Positions 51,089-61,322 are shown, numbered from the stretch's first letter. The stretch: DNA of 64,000 nt from Candidatus Hydrogenedentota bacterium (GCA_963668025.2 CAXXTH010000023.1:96001-160000), one strand, 5' to 3'. The notes: a model not told the origin generated them from the sequence alone. Numbers and translations: made by a program.

Positions 51089-54000
51089 ATGCATATGCAA
51101 ACCGTCCGCGCCCTGTCCATTCTCATTCTCCTCTCCGCCAGCCTGCCCAGCGCCGCAGCCGTGTGGTACGTCAACCAGGCCAATACCTCCGGAACTCATG
51201 ACGGCGCCTCCTGGGCCACCGCCTTATCCACCATCCAAGCTGGTGTACTCGCCGCCGGAGCCGCTGGCGGCGGCGAAGTCTGGGTGGCGCAGGGGGAATA
51301 CATCGAGTATGTGACCCTTCAATCCAATGTCTCGCTGCTTGGAGGTTTTAGTGGGAATGAAAACAGCGCCGAGTCGAGGAATTTTAAACAAAATGTAACT
51401 GCTATACGGGCAGAAAAACATTCGCGAGAAATTTTGAGCCGATTGTTGGCGGAAAATATACAAGCGTTTTGCGTGGATGGATTTTTCCTGAAGGGCGCAA
51501 ATCCCTCTACGGAAAAGGCTTCTGGTTTACGGTCCAAAGATTCGGAAGGGATTATTCGGAATTGCAGATTTGAGGGGATAGGAGGCAGTAGCGCTATTGG
51601 ATGCATGGATACTTCCATTATCATTCAAAAATGTGATTTTACAAATAACCGATATGATTACTCAGCTGGAGGTGTCATTTCACTTTTTAGAGGAACCGCC
51701 ACCATTGAGGACTGCAATATTTGGGGAAACAAGAAGCTCGACACAGGCATGCTGGATTTCGTTGCCTTGACGGTGGACATGAAACGATGCCGCATCTATG
51801 AGAATTCAGCAATAGCAATAATGTCTCCAACTCGAATGGAGAACTGCTTGATTGCCAACAACTACGTGACGTTTTCCGCCCCACAAACCTCCATACGAAA
51901 TTGCACTTTTCTGCAGAATGCGCCCAAGTATACAAGGGGAATTACGTTTGGAGCTTCAGGGATCATTGTTCAAAACAGCATAGTATGGTTTGGGATGACT
52001 GAGTTCGACCAGTTTTTTTGGAATAATCTGGCGTCTGGGACACGCGCTCTCTATTGGGACTCGCCAGCATATCAGCCCACATTAACTAATTGCCTTTTCT
52101 ATCACCAAATTCACGACGGAGAAAATGTTATTTCCTTGCCGCTGGCTGGTGTGGCGGATCTGGTCTACAATAATGTACGCGAACTGGAACTAAGCTTTAG
52201 CACATGCAAAGACAATATAGATGCTGATCCGCTTTTCGCAGAATCATCGTCCATGAATAAGCCGCTATCGAATGGATCTCCGGCCATTGATAGGGGTGAT
52301 CCTGCCCTGGCGCCCGAGGATGATTTGCTCGGAAACGCCCGACCGGGCGATGATGGGCTCGTGGATATCGGTGCCTATGAATCCGAATCAGCTTATATTC
52401 CTCCGATGGATGTGCTTCCTCCTACAAGCGAAATACGAAACGCTCCATTATCCACTAAAGAAACGATATTTGGCATAGACTGGTATGGTTATGATCCCGA
52501 TGGAAAGCTAAAAGATGCCGCGTTGTATTACCGGAAAGATGGCGGCGCATGGCAAATATATGCCTCGGGCGCTTTCACGGAATCTCCTATTCAGTTTGAT
52601 ATTTCGACTACAGGAGGCGCCGGAATATATGAATTCTATATCAAGGCAACGGATATGGCCGGGCATGTGGAAGAAACTCCCACAACCGCTGAATGGACGA
52701 CTGCCGTTTGGCCTTCTGATTTTACGGTGGACAGGCTGTATGTGAACATGGCGGCGCCTGCTGGTGGAGACGGATTGTCATGGGAAACGGCGATGAACTC
52801 GGTTGGTCCAGCGCTTTCCAGTTTTGATGCCGGCCAAGGAGGTGAAGTCTGGATCGCCAAAGGTGATTATGCAGCAATGACCGTAGCAATACCTGCAGGC
52901 GTGCATGTGGCCCTATATGGCGGTTTTATGGGGAATGAAACCGATCTATCCCAAAGGAATGTTGAAAACAACCCGGTTGTACTGAGGAGCTTGGGACCAA
53001 GCGAAGTCTTGAGCGCGTCCGGATGGCAGAGCCAAGGCTCTATCGTATTAGACGGTCTTACCTTGAACAGCACAACAGGAGGCATTTCATTTGAAGGAGT
53101 TGCGTCCGTCCATATTGCGAAATGTCTGTTTACCGGTTGCGGGAACGGCACGAGCCAATATGCGGGCGGCGGGCGGATCGAGGATTGCGCATCCGTGGAG
53201 ATCACGGATACACGGTTTGTGGAGAATTTCGGCTATAACGGCGGCGGCCTCTATCTTAAAAACTGCAGTGCGGCCTTTCGGCGGTGTTTCTTCGACAACA
53301 ATTGGGCCTCTCAAGATAATATGGCATTGTATGCTGAAAACTGCATCTTAGGTTTTGTAGATAGCCATTTCGCAAGTGGCAATCTAGACCCAACAAACCG
53401 TATAGAATATGTGATTGCCTATACAAGCGGACAGATCCAGGCACGCAACTGTGTCATGGATGGAGGCAAAGGTGGATGGGAGGCGGCGGCCACCACGGGA
53501 ACCAGCTTGTTTGAAGGATGCACATTCCGCGGAATTGATTCTTCCCGTGGCGGTTTACGTGCGTCGAAAACGGGCTCCGCTGGATTCCAAATCACGGAAT
53601 GCACGTTTGATGGCAACCAATGTGGCTTATACAGTTATAATGGGGTCGTGGAGACGTCCAAATGCCTTTTCAAGAACAATGGGATAGGGGGCTTTGGTGG
53701 AAAATATGATTCTTGCGTATTTCAGAACAACCTGAATATTGGCTGCCTGTACGGCAAAGCAACCAATTGCATCGCAGAGCAAAATGGAACTTATGGATTC
53801 TATTCCACCGATTCGTCCTACTGCACGTCAGTGGCCAATGGCATAGCGGGCTTTTATGCGTATTATGCCAATGATCGTATCACGAATTGCATTTCCGCGT
53901 ATAACGAGCAGGCCGCTTTTGGCGTCCACCCATCTTCGTCATCCGATGAACCAATTATAGCCATCACCAAATGCCTATTATATGGTAATCCGATGGCAGC

Positions 54001-56206
54001 CGGTGAAGGTAATGGCAATGTTGAAAACAGCGCCATCCGGCATAGTGATTGGGGCAAGGATTTAACTGAATTTCAGATTAATTGGCCGCATGCGAAAGAC
54101 AATCTGGTAGGCGATCCGTGCTTTGTGGACCGGGAGAATGGAGACTATCATCTGGCCTCCGGCAGCGCCGCCGTGGGCATGGGCGCGCTGGACGCCGGTC
54201 CCGCCGTGGATTTTGATGACCAGCCGCGTCCTGGCAACGATGGCTTGGCGGATCTGGGCGTGTTCGAGTCCGATGGACTCACTCCGCTCACGGATTCGAC
54301 TCCGCCCACGGGGCGCGTTTATAACATCACCATAGGCACGGAAACGATTTCCACGTCTTACTCGTGGCCGATTGATGGTATCCTCCGATTAGTAGCGCGT
54401 GCGCAATCCGATGATATTGCCCTGTATTGGGGCGGAGCGGACAATCAAAGCAGTATCACGCAAGCGGAGATTTATTATCGCGCCTACAATGGCGAATGGC
54501 AGTCGCTTGGGTCCTACGACAGCAGTCCAGTCCACATACCGCCGTCCATTTTCTCGGAAGATAATCTGTACGAATTCATGGCTCTGTGTACGGACTCCGC
54601 CGGGAATAAGGAGCCAATGGATGGCCTTGCGGAATTGCAGTTCTTGTGGAGCCAGAGCCCGCTTGCCTCGCCGCTGTATGTGAACATCCAATCGACGGGT
54701 GCGCAGCGAGGCGATGGGTGGGGTGCCGCGTTCCAGTCCATTCGTGATGCTTCCATCGTTGCCTATTATCAAGTACAAAAATATGGCGTTCAGCCCTTCG
54801 ATATATGGGTGGCGTCCGGCGAGTATCATGAGGCGGCTAGTTTCGGATATGATTATGTAGAGAATCTGTATGGCAGCTTCGCCGGAACAGAATCTTCTCT
54901 GGATGAGCGCGTTTCCACGAATCCCTCAACAGTTATGACGATTACAGATATACCTTGGTACAATAGTTACACATATGCACTTTTGTATTGTGGCAGCCAT
55001 GGAATTGTCGATGGCTTTGTTTTAAGAGACAGCCCCATAGACGGCCTAACAGGATCTTGCAGTGCCATACGAAACTGCGTGATAGAAAGCAGCGCGGGTG
55101 ATGGCATGTATTTCGAGCGCTATTATTCGCGCACGACTCCTCCCGGCAGTTTGCCCGCCATTGAGCATTGCGTGATTCAGAATAACCGAAGCAACGGGAT
55201 CGATGTGGAGCTTATTCAATCTTACGAAGATTGGGAAAAGGGTTCCGTAACAAAAGGCGATTCGCCTGGCCTCGATCAAAGCAATGCCAAGGGAATCCTG
55301 CAACTGCAAATTCGAGACAGTTCTTTGAAAGGAAATGGGAGCGTGGCAATTGATCTAAGCAACAAGGTCATCGCCACGAACTGCGTCATCTCGGGCAACA
55401 GAAAAGGCATATCGGCGGGCTGGGTTGAATTGTACAACTGCACCGTGGATGGAAACGGTCATGTGTTGAGCGAGCCAGGGGTGAATGGCGTGGACTCGGA
55501 GATTTTCCACATCAGGAACTCCATCATTTCGAGAACCACGGGATGCGCACTGCAAGGGACACCTTCTAGCTCGACATTGTCCTCCACGCTGTTCTATGGA
55601 AATGAGGACGGCGATTTCAGAGATCCTGCAGGCAACATCTATTTCGGCGCGGAGGCCATTGAAGGCGCTATTCCCGGCGTGATCGGCATCCTAGATGTGG
55701 ATCCCTTATTCGTTGACGCAGGAGCGGAAAATTATCATCTACTGGAGCAGTCGCCAGCGATTGATGCGGGCATCGCCGAAGGTGCGCCGGATGTGGATAT
55801 CGAAGGCACGCATCGGCCGCAAGGGGATGGCTGGGATTTGGGCGCGTATGAGTATGTGCCGAAGGGAACGGATGACCGGGATGGCGATGGATTGACCAAC
55901 GATCAGGAAACCGCGCTGGGCACAAATCCTCGCTTGAAGGATACGGATGGCGATGGCGTATCCGATTTGGATGAAATCGGGTGGGATGGCGATCTCTCAA
56001 GCTATACGCCAGGTATGGATACCGATCCTTTGAATCGAGATACGGATGGCGATGGCCTAACCGACGATATTGAGCGGGATATCGGTTTGAATCCGCTGGA
56101 TCCCAGCGATGCGGCGAGTGTTGTGCCTGCGGCTTCGTGTCTGTTGACGTTTATCGGGTTGTCGGCCGTAATGCTCCTGTTATGGATGCGGCGGCGCTCC
56201 GCTTAG
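51089..56206 (+). CDS. Large surface protein: three beta-helix (pectin-lyase-like) modules, choice-of-anchor Q-like segments, DxDGDG repeats and C-terminal TM anchor
   Basis: GGGAGG RBS; signal peptide; YVN..G.DG.SW..A...(E/D)(V/I)W(V/I)A.G.Y x3; SPAID.G...D.GA(Y/F)E x3; DTDGDG repeats; C-terminus VPAASCLLTFIGLSAVMLLLWMRRRSA. Confidence 0.85.
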   Translation: MHMQTVRALSILILLSASLPSAAAVWYVNQANTSGTHDGASWATALSTIQAGVLAAGAAGGGEVWVAQGEYIEYVTLQSNVSLLGGFSGNENSAESRNFKQNVTAIRAEKHSREILSRLLAENIQAFCVDGFFLKGANPSTEKASGLRSKDSEGIIRNCRFEGIGGSSAIGCMDTSIIIQKCDFTNNRYDYSAGGVISLFRGTATIEDCNIWGNKKLDTGMLDFVALTVDMKRCRIYENSAIAIMSPTRMENCLIANNYVTFSAPQTSIRNCTFLQNAPKYTRGITFGASGIIVQNSIVWFGMTEFDQFFWNNLASGTRALYWDSPAYQPTLTNCLFYHQIHDGENVISLPLAGVADLVYNNVRELELSFSTCKDNIDADPLFAESSSMNKPLSNGSPAIDRGDPALAPEDDLLGNARPGDDGLVDIGAYESESAYIPPMDVLPPTSEIRNAPLSTKETIFGIDWYGYDPDGKLKDAALYYRKDGGAWQIYASGAFTESPIQFDISTTGGAGIYEFYIKATDMAGHVEETPTTAEWTTAVWPSDFTVDRLYVNMAAPAGGDGLSWETAMNSVGPALSSFDAGQGGEVWIAKGDYAAMTVAIPAGVHVALYGGFMGNETDLSQRNVENNPVVLRSLGPSEVLSASGWQSQGSIVLDGLTLNSTTGGISFEGVASVHIAKCLFTGCGNGTSQYAGGGRIEDCASVEITDTRFVENFGYNGGGLYLKNCSAAFRRCFFDNNWASQDNMALYAENCILGFVDSHFASGNLDPTNRIEYVIAYTSGQIQARNCVMDGGKGGWEAAATTGTSLFEGCTFRGIDSSRGGLRASKTGSAGFQITECTFDGNQCGLYSYNGVVETSKCLFKNNGIGGFGGKYDSCVFQNNLNIGCLYGKATNCIAEQNGTYGFYSTDSSYCTSVANGIAGFYAYYANDRITNCISAYNEQAAFGVHPSSSSDEPIIAITKCLLYGNPMAAGEGNGNVENSAIRHSDWGKDLTEFQINWPHAKDNLVGDPCFVDRENGDYHLASGSAAVGMGALDAGPAVDFDDQPRPGNDGLADLGVFESDGLTPLTDSTPPTGRVYNITIGTETISTSYSWPIDGILRLVARAQSDDIALYWGGADNQSSITQAEIYYRAYNGEWQSLGSYDSSPVHIPPSIFSEDNLYEFMALCTDSAGNKEPMDGLAELQFLWSQSPLASPLYVNIQSTGAQRGDGWGAAFQSIRDASIVAYYQVQKYGVQPFDIWVASGEYHEAASFGYDYVENLYGSFAGTESSLDERVSTNPSTVMTITDIPWYNSYTYALLYCGSHGIVDGFVLRDSPIDGLTGSCSAIRNCVIESSAGDGMYFERYYSRTTPPGSLPAIEHCVIQNNRSNGIDVELIQSYEDWEKGSVTKGDSPGLDQSNAKGILQLQIRDSSLKGNGSVAIDLSNKVIATNCVISGNRKGISAGWVELYNCTVDGNGHVLSEPGVNGVDSEIFHIRNSIISRTTGCALQGTPSSSTLSSTLFYGNEDGDFRDPAGNIYFGAEAIEGAIPGVIGILDVDPLFVDAGAENYHLLEQSPAIDAGIAEGAPDVDIEGTHRPQGDGWDLGAYEYVPKGTDDRDGDGLTNDQETALGTNPRLKDTDGDGVSDLDEIGWDGDLSSYTPGMDTDPLNRDTDGDGLTDDIERDIGLNPLDPSDAASVVPAASCLLTFIGLSAVMLLLWMRRRSA

Positions 56207-57288
56207 AGGTGGAAATCGCCTGCGGCTTCAGGCTGGTAGAGAAGCGCTTTCACCAAATACCGGCGAGGAAGCGGGTTCGCGTTGGTCTCGACGATGTCAT
56301 TAATGCGGCTTCCGAGGAGCCGTGTGCCTAAGGGCGACAATATCGAGATATTTTCCTTTTTAGAAGCGGCGTCGCGTGGGAACACGAGCCGGCAGGTTTC
56401 TTCCATACCTGTATCTGCGTTTTGCAATTGCACGACGGAATGCATGGTAATAAGGTCACCTGGCACTTCGTGAGGGCTGACGACTTTCGCACTTGCCAAG
56501 CGTATTTCTAGTTCTTGCAGAAAAGCGCGCGTCTTTTCGTTTCCAAAATCATGGGCCACATGGATCAACTCGCGGAGCCGTTCTAAGTCAAACCGGCTGA
56601 TATGGATAGAGCGTTCCATAGCCTCGCCGGCCTTTTCCGCGGGAATGGCCCCTATCGTTTGAAGGGTCACGGGGCTCAAGTGCATATGTACGATATGGCG
56701 CGCGATGTCGTCCAGCGAGCCCGATTGGCCAGGCCGCTCCCAATAAGCCATGAACACCTGGATGGCCGCTTCCAGGCTCAAAGTTAGGTGCAGCGGCACG
56801 ACTCCAATAAGGCGTTTACGTTCGATCACCCGCCGGAAAAGCCCTTCTATAAGATGCACATATTCCCGGTAGAGCGCTTCCACATGATGCGGCAAACTGC
56901 TCGGATCGGGCAGCACCCCAGCATGGCCTTCCGCTGAAAATGCTTGAAAGAACAGCCGGTCCTTGGTGAAGTTGTATAGCCGCAGCTTGACGGCTTCCCC
57001 CATGGCTTGCTCCGGATCCATTCCCTGGCTGGCGGCTTGCTTGGTCCGGCGCAATACGGCAATCCCGATCCGGGCGATCACCTCCGCATAAATCCCCTCT
57101 TTATCGCGAAACAGGTTATATAGCGTTCCCACGGAATACCCGGATTCCCGGGCAATATCGTCCGTGGTGGTTAAGAAATACCCACGCGTCGTAAACAGCT
57201 TGTCGGCGGCATCAAGAATGACTTCCCGTTTGAGGGCCTTGTCTTTTTCCCGGCGTGAACCATTGTCGTGTAGGGAAATAGAATGCAT
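56203..57288 (-). CDS. TetR-family regulator fused to an Rnk (GreA/GreB-like) domain
   Basis: N-terminal ILDAADKLF..RGY..TTTDDIARESGYSVGTLYNLFRDKE; C-terminal ISRFDLERL...VPGDLITMHS...LVFP...ISILSPLG..LLG...YQPEAAGD. Confidence 0.9.
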   Translation of the reverse strand: MHSISLHDNGSRREKDKALKREVILDAADKLFTTRGYFLTTTDDIARESGYSVGTLYNLFRDKEGIYAEVIARIGIAVLRRTKQAASQGMDPEQAMGEAVKLRLYNFTKDRLFFQAFSAEGHAGVLPDPSSLPHHVEALYREYVHLIEGLFRRVIERKRLIGVVPLHLTLSLEAAIQVFMAYWERPGQSGSLDDIARHIVHMHLSPVTLQTIGAIPAEKAGEAMERSIHISRFDLERLRELIHVAHDFGNEKTRAFLQELEIRLASAKVVSPHEVPGDLITMHSVVQLQNADTGMEETCRLVFPRDAASKKENISILSPLGTRLLGSRINDIVETNANPLPRRYLVKALLYQPEAAGDFHL

Positions 57289-57306
57289 GCCTGGGCCTCC
57301 TTGGCG

Positions 57307-57367
57307 TGAGCGAACACTCAGTTTATGAATATATACTCATCCTAAGCTTTAGGCATTCGCGTGTCAA
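57307..57367 (-). promoter_or_regulatory. Sigma70-type promoter with two candidate TetR operators
   Basis: TTGACA (57367-57362)-17 bp-TAGGAT (57344-57339); TGAG-N6-CTCA at 57307-57320 and TGAA-N6-CTCA at 57326-57339. Confidence 0.65.
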
Positions 57368-57438
57368 TTTTTTATATAGGATGAGACTGGGGCCCGAGAG
57401 GGAGATTATCATTACTAGTAACGTGAATTTTGGAGAGC

Positions 57439-57511
57439 CTCTTTGTGTCTTCATGGCTTTGTGGTGAATTTTTCCGGAGCTTTCACCATGAAGTCACGAA
57501 GACGCAAAGAG
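57439..57511. repeat. Periodic hairpin element (8-nt units, arms back to back)
   Basis: CTCTTTGTGTCTTCATGGCTTTGTGGTGAA ... TTCACCATGAAGTCACGAAGACGCAAAGAG; 30-bp stem with 5 mismatches. Confidence 0.8.
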
Positions 57512-57611
57512 TTCAAAGCGCTTTTCATGGGTATGCCATTTATACAAAAATATGTTTCTACGGTAGCTTGCTGCCGCTTTTATTAGCAATCTTCAGATTG
57601 CCGGTTCTATC

Positions 57612-58580
57612 TTACTGATTCTTTCTCGCACGTGTGCGGCATACCGTCCATAAGCCTGCCATGAGCATACACACAAGCGCCACGGGCCACTCGAGTGGCG
57701 CTTCTTGAGCATCTGGGCCTTCCCATCCGGCCAGGCGCGCCCAGAGCCACCATGCCGCGTAAGCTTTCCGGTTGGCGTTGAGCGGTTCGGTGTGCGCCGC
57801 GCCGCAGGAGTACCAATCGGTTCCTTCCGTGTGCGATGCCTGCCATTCCTGCGCCCAATTGCCTAGGGCGGTGGGGCTGTCGCCGTTGTCGTAATAGCTG
57901 CAATCGTCGCTGGCATACGGAAAATGCACGCCGTCAGGGTCATAACTTTCGATGTCCGAGAAGTCGAACAGCGTCTTGCCATTGGCGTTGCAGTAATCCC
58001 GGATGCGCTGGTTATTAGCGGTAATCGTGCCGTAGGACCAAATGTCCAAATGGCCGGTCATATAGACAAACCGCACACTCGGGAAATCCGTTTCGAGCTG
58101 GTTCATCTGGGAGAGATACAGGTCCACGTCCTCCGTGCTGGCCCAGCTCAATTCGCCGCACCACGACCACATCATCACGTTGATCTGGCTATTCGCAGGA
58201 TCCTCAAGATAGGCGTGCGTGGCCGTGTACCAGGTGGTGAAATCAGGATTGCCTAGGTCCTCCGCGCCGCCGGGAAAACCGCCGTAAAAATCGAATACCG
58301 TGAGTACACTGTTGCTGAGATCTCCCGATAAATCCACTGCATACAGGGATGGATCGTTCGGGGCGCCCGCAAATGTCTGTAATCCTTGCATGCCCTCGGT
58401 GATTTGGCTTCCATGCGAGGTATGGCCATACGCAATGCGAAGCGTTGATTTCGCCTGCTCGATGGCGCTCACCGGCACGCTCGCCAAATCTGTGCATGTG
58501 TGGTCAATGATGAGTTGCGCCATGGCTGGCACGCTAACGATTCCGCAAACAATCCCCGCGATCATACGAATGGTGAACAT
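57612..58580 (-). CDS. Secreted conserved hypothetical protein (possibly SGNH-like hydrolase) with C-terminal TM anchor
   Basis: Signal peptide; YGHTSHGSQ, MWSWCG, FVYMTGHLD, LFDFSDIES; C-terminus APLEWPVALVCMLMAGLWTVCRTRARK. Confidence 0.7.
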   Translation of the reverse strand: MFTIRMIAGIVCGIVSVPAMAQLIIDHTCTDLASVPVSAIEQAKSTLRIAYGHTSHGSQITEGMQGLQTFAGAPNDPSLYAVDLSGDLSNSVLTVFDFYGGFPGGAEDLGNPDFTTWYTATHAYLEDPANSQINVMMWSWCGELSWASTEDVDLYLSQMNQLETDFPSVRFVYMTGHLDIWSYGTITANNQRIRDYCNANGKTLFDFSDIESYDPDGVHFPYASDDCSYYDNGDSPTALGNWAQEWQASHTEGTDWYSCGAAHTEPLNANRKAYAAWWLWARLAGWEGPDAQEAPLEWPVALVCMLMAGLWTVCRTRARKNQ

Positions 58581-58932
58581 CCCGCACCTCCAGTATTCAA
58601 AAATGCTCCTACCCCAAATGTCCATGATCCCCAAACGGCCTGATCTGATTATACCATGTTGTTTTTCGGAAGGGGGGTAATACGGGGAAAGCTTCCTTAA
58701 AAAAAAGGTTTTCTCCGAATCATTTTCCAAGAATAATTTTTTTCCGTTTTGAAAAGCGGTAGTTCTTGGGGAATTCTGTTTACGAGGTGGACTTTTCCAA
58801 CAACTGGACCAGGCCAGCCAAAGCAGGGAAATACGGATGATGCGCGCGAAAAAGAGTACAATAAGGCACCGGCAGGTTGTGCGGTTTCTCTGCTACGTCT
58901 TGGCGATTTCGGACAACCATTCCATCCCACAG

Positions 58933-59072
58933 TCAGAGCTTGTCGAGTTCCTCAAGGCCTTTGATGAACTGTTCCGTCATCGGATAGGGGCCAGGATATT
59001 TGACATACTCCTGGTGGCCGTCCATGTAGAGGACATTGCCCCCGTCTGGAACGTGGTGGCCGGGACGTTCAA
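58933..59072 (-). pseudogene. 3' remnant of an H-X9-DG-CTERM (DUF1559-associated) gene cut by IS1380
   Basis: Manual translation ERPGHHVPDGGNVLYMDGHQEYVKYPGPYPMTEQFIKGLEELDKL*, beginning exactly at the IS end. Confidence 0.8.
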
Positions 59073-60763
59073 CCTAAAAAAGGCAGTAGGAACTTGCTTT
59101 GGGATTTTTCCAGCCCAATTTTGTAAAGAAATAACTGTCCTGGCCCGCTCTTTACGTTGGCGCCGGCAGCAGGTTGGGGGTGGCCAGCGGCCTTCCCTCG
59201 AGTATTTTGGCGAAGATCCGGCTGAGGATCGTCCGCCATCGTTCGTTCCAGTTCAACTGCCGCGCAGTTGCTTTCATCTCCAATAAAAAGGCGTTTACGG
59301 ATTTCAGAACTTGTTCCATAGCATGTCCTTGCGCATGCACGGGGGTGATGGTGAGCGTGGTTTGGCCTCCGTGGCGGGTCTGCTGTCCCACGCCGTAGAG
59401 CAGCAGAGGGCGGCTTGTGATCGCTTCGGCGTGGCGCTCCGGAATCGCCAAGCGCACGTACAAAGACCACCAATTGTAAATCAGGGCTATGATTCGCGCC
59501 ATGATTTGGCAGCGCTTCATATCGTGGGTGGTATACCCGCCCCACCCCCACTGGTTTTTCTGTTCATCGTAGATGTTTTCCGCATCGCCCCGGTCGCGAT
59601 AATGCTGGGCCAAGGCCGATAGGGGGTCTGTCAGCGAAGTGGCCAGCAGCGCGTATTCATACTGCTGCACGGCTCCCGCTTGGATCTCGATGAGCTGTAG
59701 TTGGGGGGAGGGGTCAGGCAATAGCGGCTCCGTTTCCAGAACGATACTCCCTTTGAGCTTGCGCCGCAGAACGATTACCCGGCGTTTGCTCGTCCATCCC
59801 ATAAGCTCCAGACGGTCTTCCAAACCTTCCCAGCCTTGGCCTGCTGGCGTCCAGTCCTTAGAACAAAAGGCCTGCTGGATAAGCCGTTTCACGTTGCTGG
59901 TCTGCCGCAATTTGAACAGATAGGGCACTCCGCGCGCTTCGGCTTCGCTCATGTCGCGTTCGTTGCCGAAGGCGCAGTCGCCGCGAATCATGCCCGGCCA
60001 GGCCGCGCGCGGCAAGCCATCGAGAAAATGCCACAATCCAGGCATGGTGTATTTCGCCGCCGTCTCGTTGCCCGGCCGGACTTCCACGTCCAGCACCAAG
60101 CGCGTGTTCGCCATAAAATAGGTATGCAGCACATGAGAAGGACGGCCCTGTTTCGCCGGATTGTAGCCCAGCACGGCCCCTTCTTGATGGCCGAACAGGG
60201 GCTTCACGCTTGTATCCACGTCCAAAATCCAAGGCTCATAAAGCAACGGCTCATAACAGCGGCGCAGGTGCTTCTGTAGCCAGCCCGCGCAGGCTTCCCC
60301 GTCCGCCAGTATAAATGCCCGCCGCGCCGAGGAGGCGCTCATGATCTTGCTCATACCCAGCAAGCCCGGGTTCACCGCGTCGTAACGGACCGCGTCAATG
60401 TGCGCATAGCGGGTGTGGCCCGCCAGCACTGATAAAAATAGCGTGCCCAGCACATCCCTCTTGCGCGGCGCATTATTGCTGGCGTACGCCAGCGGACAGT
60501 CCTCCACCCACGCTTCAAAAAGCTCCGCCGTCTTGAGGAAATCGATAAAGAACGCCAACTGGCCAAACGGCGTCGTTGCCGCCTCCCGGTCCCATTCCAC
60601 ATGCACCCGGCCCCCGTAGCTATCTACGAAAATCGGCACCTCCAAAGACAACCATTCCTCCTCTCCCAATGGGGGAGCATCTTGCTGTTGCGATTCTGTT
60701 TCCATGTTCTTTATCTTGAACTACTTCCTGCTCGACACTCAAGATTCAACTGGCGTTTTTAGG
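59073..60763 (-). mobile_element. IS1380-family insertion sequence (1691 bp)
   Basis: Imperfect IRs CCTAAAAAAGGCAGTAGGAACTTG vs CCTAAAAACGCCAGTTGAATCTTG (reverse complement of the right end), 19/24 identical. Confidence 0.85.
59152..60705 (-). CDS. IS1380-family transposase
   Basis: ILDVDTSV..FGHQEGA..GYN, IRGDCAF, YRDRGDAENIYDEQK. Confidence 0.88.
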   Translation of the reverse strand: METESQQQDAPPLGEEEWLSLEVPIFVDSYGGRVHVEWDREAATTPFGQLAFFIDFLKTAELFEAWVEDCPLAYASNNAPRKRDVLGTLFLSVLAGHTRYAHIDAVRYDAVNPGLLGMSKIMSASSARRAFILADGEACAGWLQKHLRRCYEPLLYEPWILDVDTSVKPLFGHQEGAVLGYNPAKQGRPSHVLHTYFMANTRLVLDVEVRPGNETAAKYTMPGLWHFLDGLPRAAWPGMIRGDCAFGNERDMSEAEARGVPYLFKLRQTSNVKRLIQQAFCSKDWTPAGQGWEGLEDRLELMGWTSKRRVIVLRRKLKGSIVLETEPLLPDPSPQLQLIEIQAGAVQQYEYALLATSLTDPLSALAQHYRDRGDAENIYDEQKNQWGWGGYTTHDMKRCQIMARIIALIYNWWSLYVRLAIPERHAEAITSRPLLLYGVGQQTRHGGQTTLTITPVHAQGHAMEQVLKSVNAFLLEMKATARQLNWNERWRTILSRIFAKILEGRPLATPNLLPAPT

Positions 60764-61322
60764 TTGAAAGGTTCTTCTCTTTACGGCGCTGCTTGTACGC
60801 CATCCACTCCTCCTCGCTTGCGCGCTTGCCAGGCTTCTTGGCGGGGGAAGACTCCTCGAAACGCACGGGCAAGGCGCGGCAACTAAAGGCGCCGCCTTGG
60901 TGAAGCGGTACGAGAAGGGAGGCCTGCAGGAAACGCAGGCCCAGAATGAGATTGGTGTGGAACGGCGGGGACAGGGGGTCGCGCTGATGAAAAGCCTGGA
61001 CAATGCACCGGCCGGTCTTGTGCAGCTTGGTATCATCGACGGCGACGCCTACAAGCGGGTCTTCACACTGGGGCAGGGCTCCTTCCCAAATAGGGTCGAA
61101 GAGCTGCTGGGGGTCCCACTTGGCGCGGCCGTACATGTGGTATTCAGCCTGCCACGGCAGATTCTCGCGACCACAGGCCCAAAGGGTCCGCGTGATTGTG
61201 CGCCGCCCCAAACAGACCAGTGACCCAAGTCCCTGCCGCACCGCACGCACGGTGGTGCGCTCTTGGGCAAAAGCATCGCGCCAGCGCTCGGTAACGTTGA
61301 GCCATTCGTGTAAAAGACTCAT
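60764..61322 (-). pseudogene. 5' fragment of an IS701-like (DDE_5) transposase truncated by IS1380
   Basis: AFAQERT..GRRTIT...VAVDDTKLHKTG...RDPLSPPF; reading frame ends within the IS1380 IR. Confidence 0.8.
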
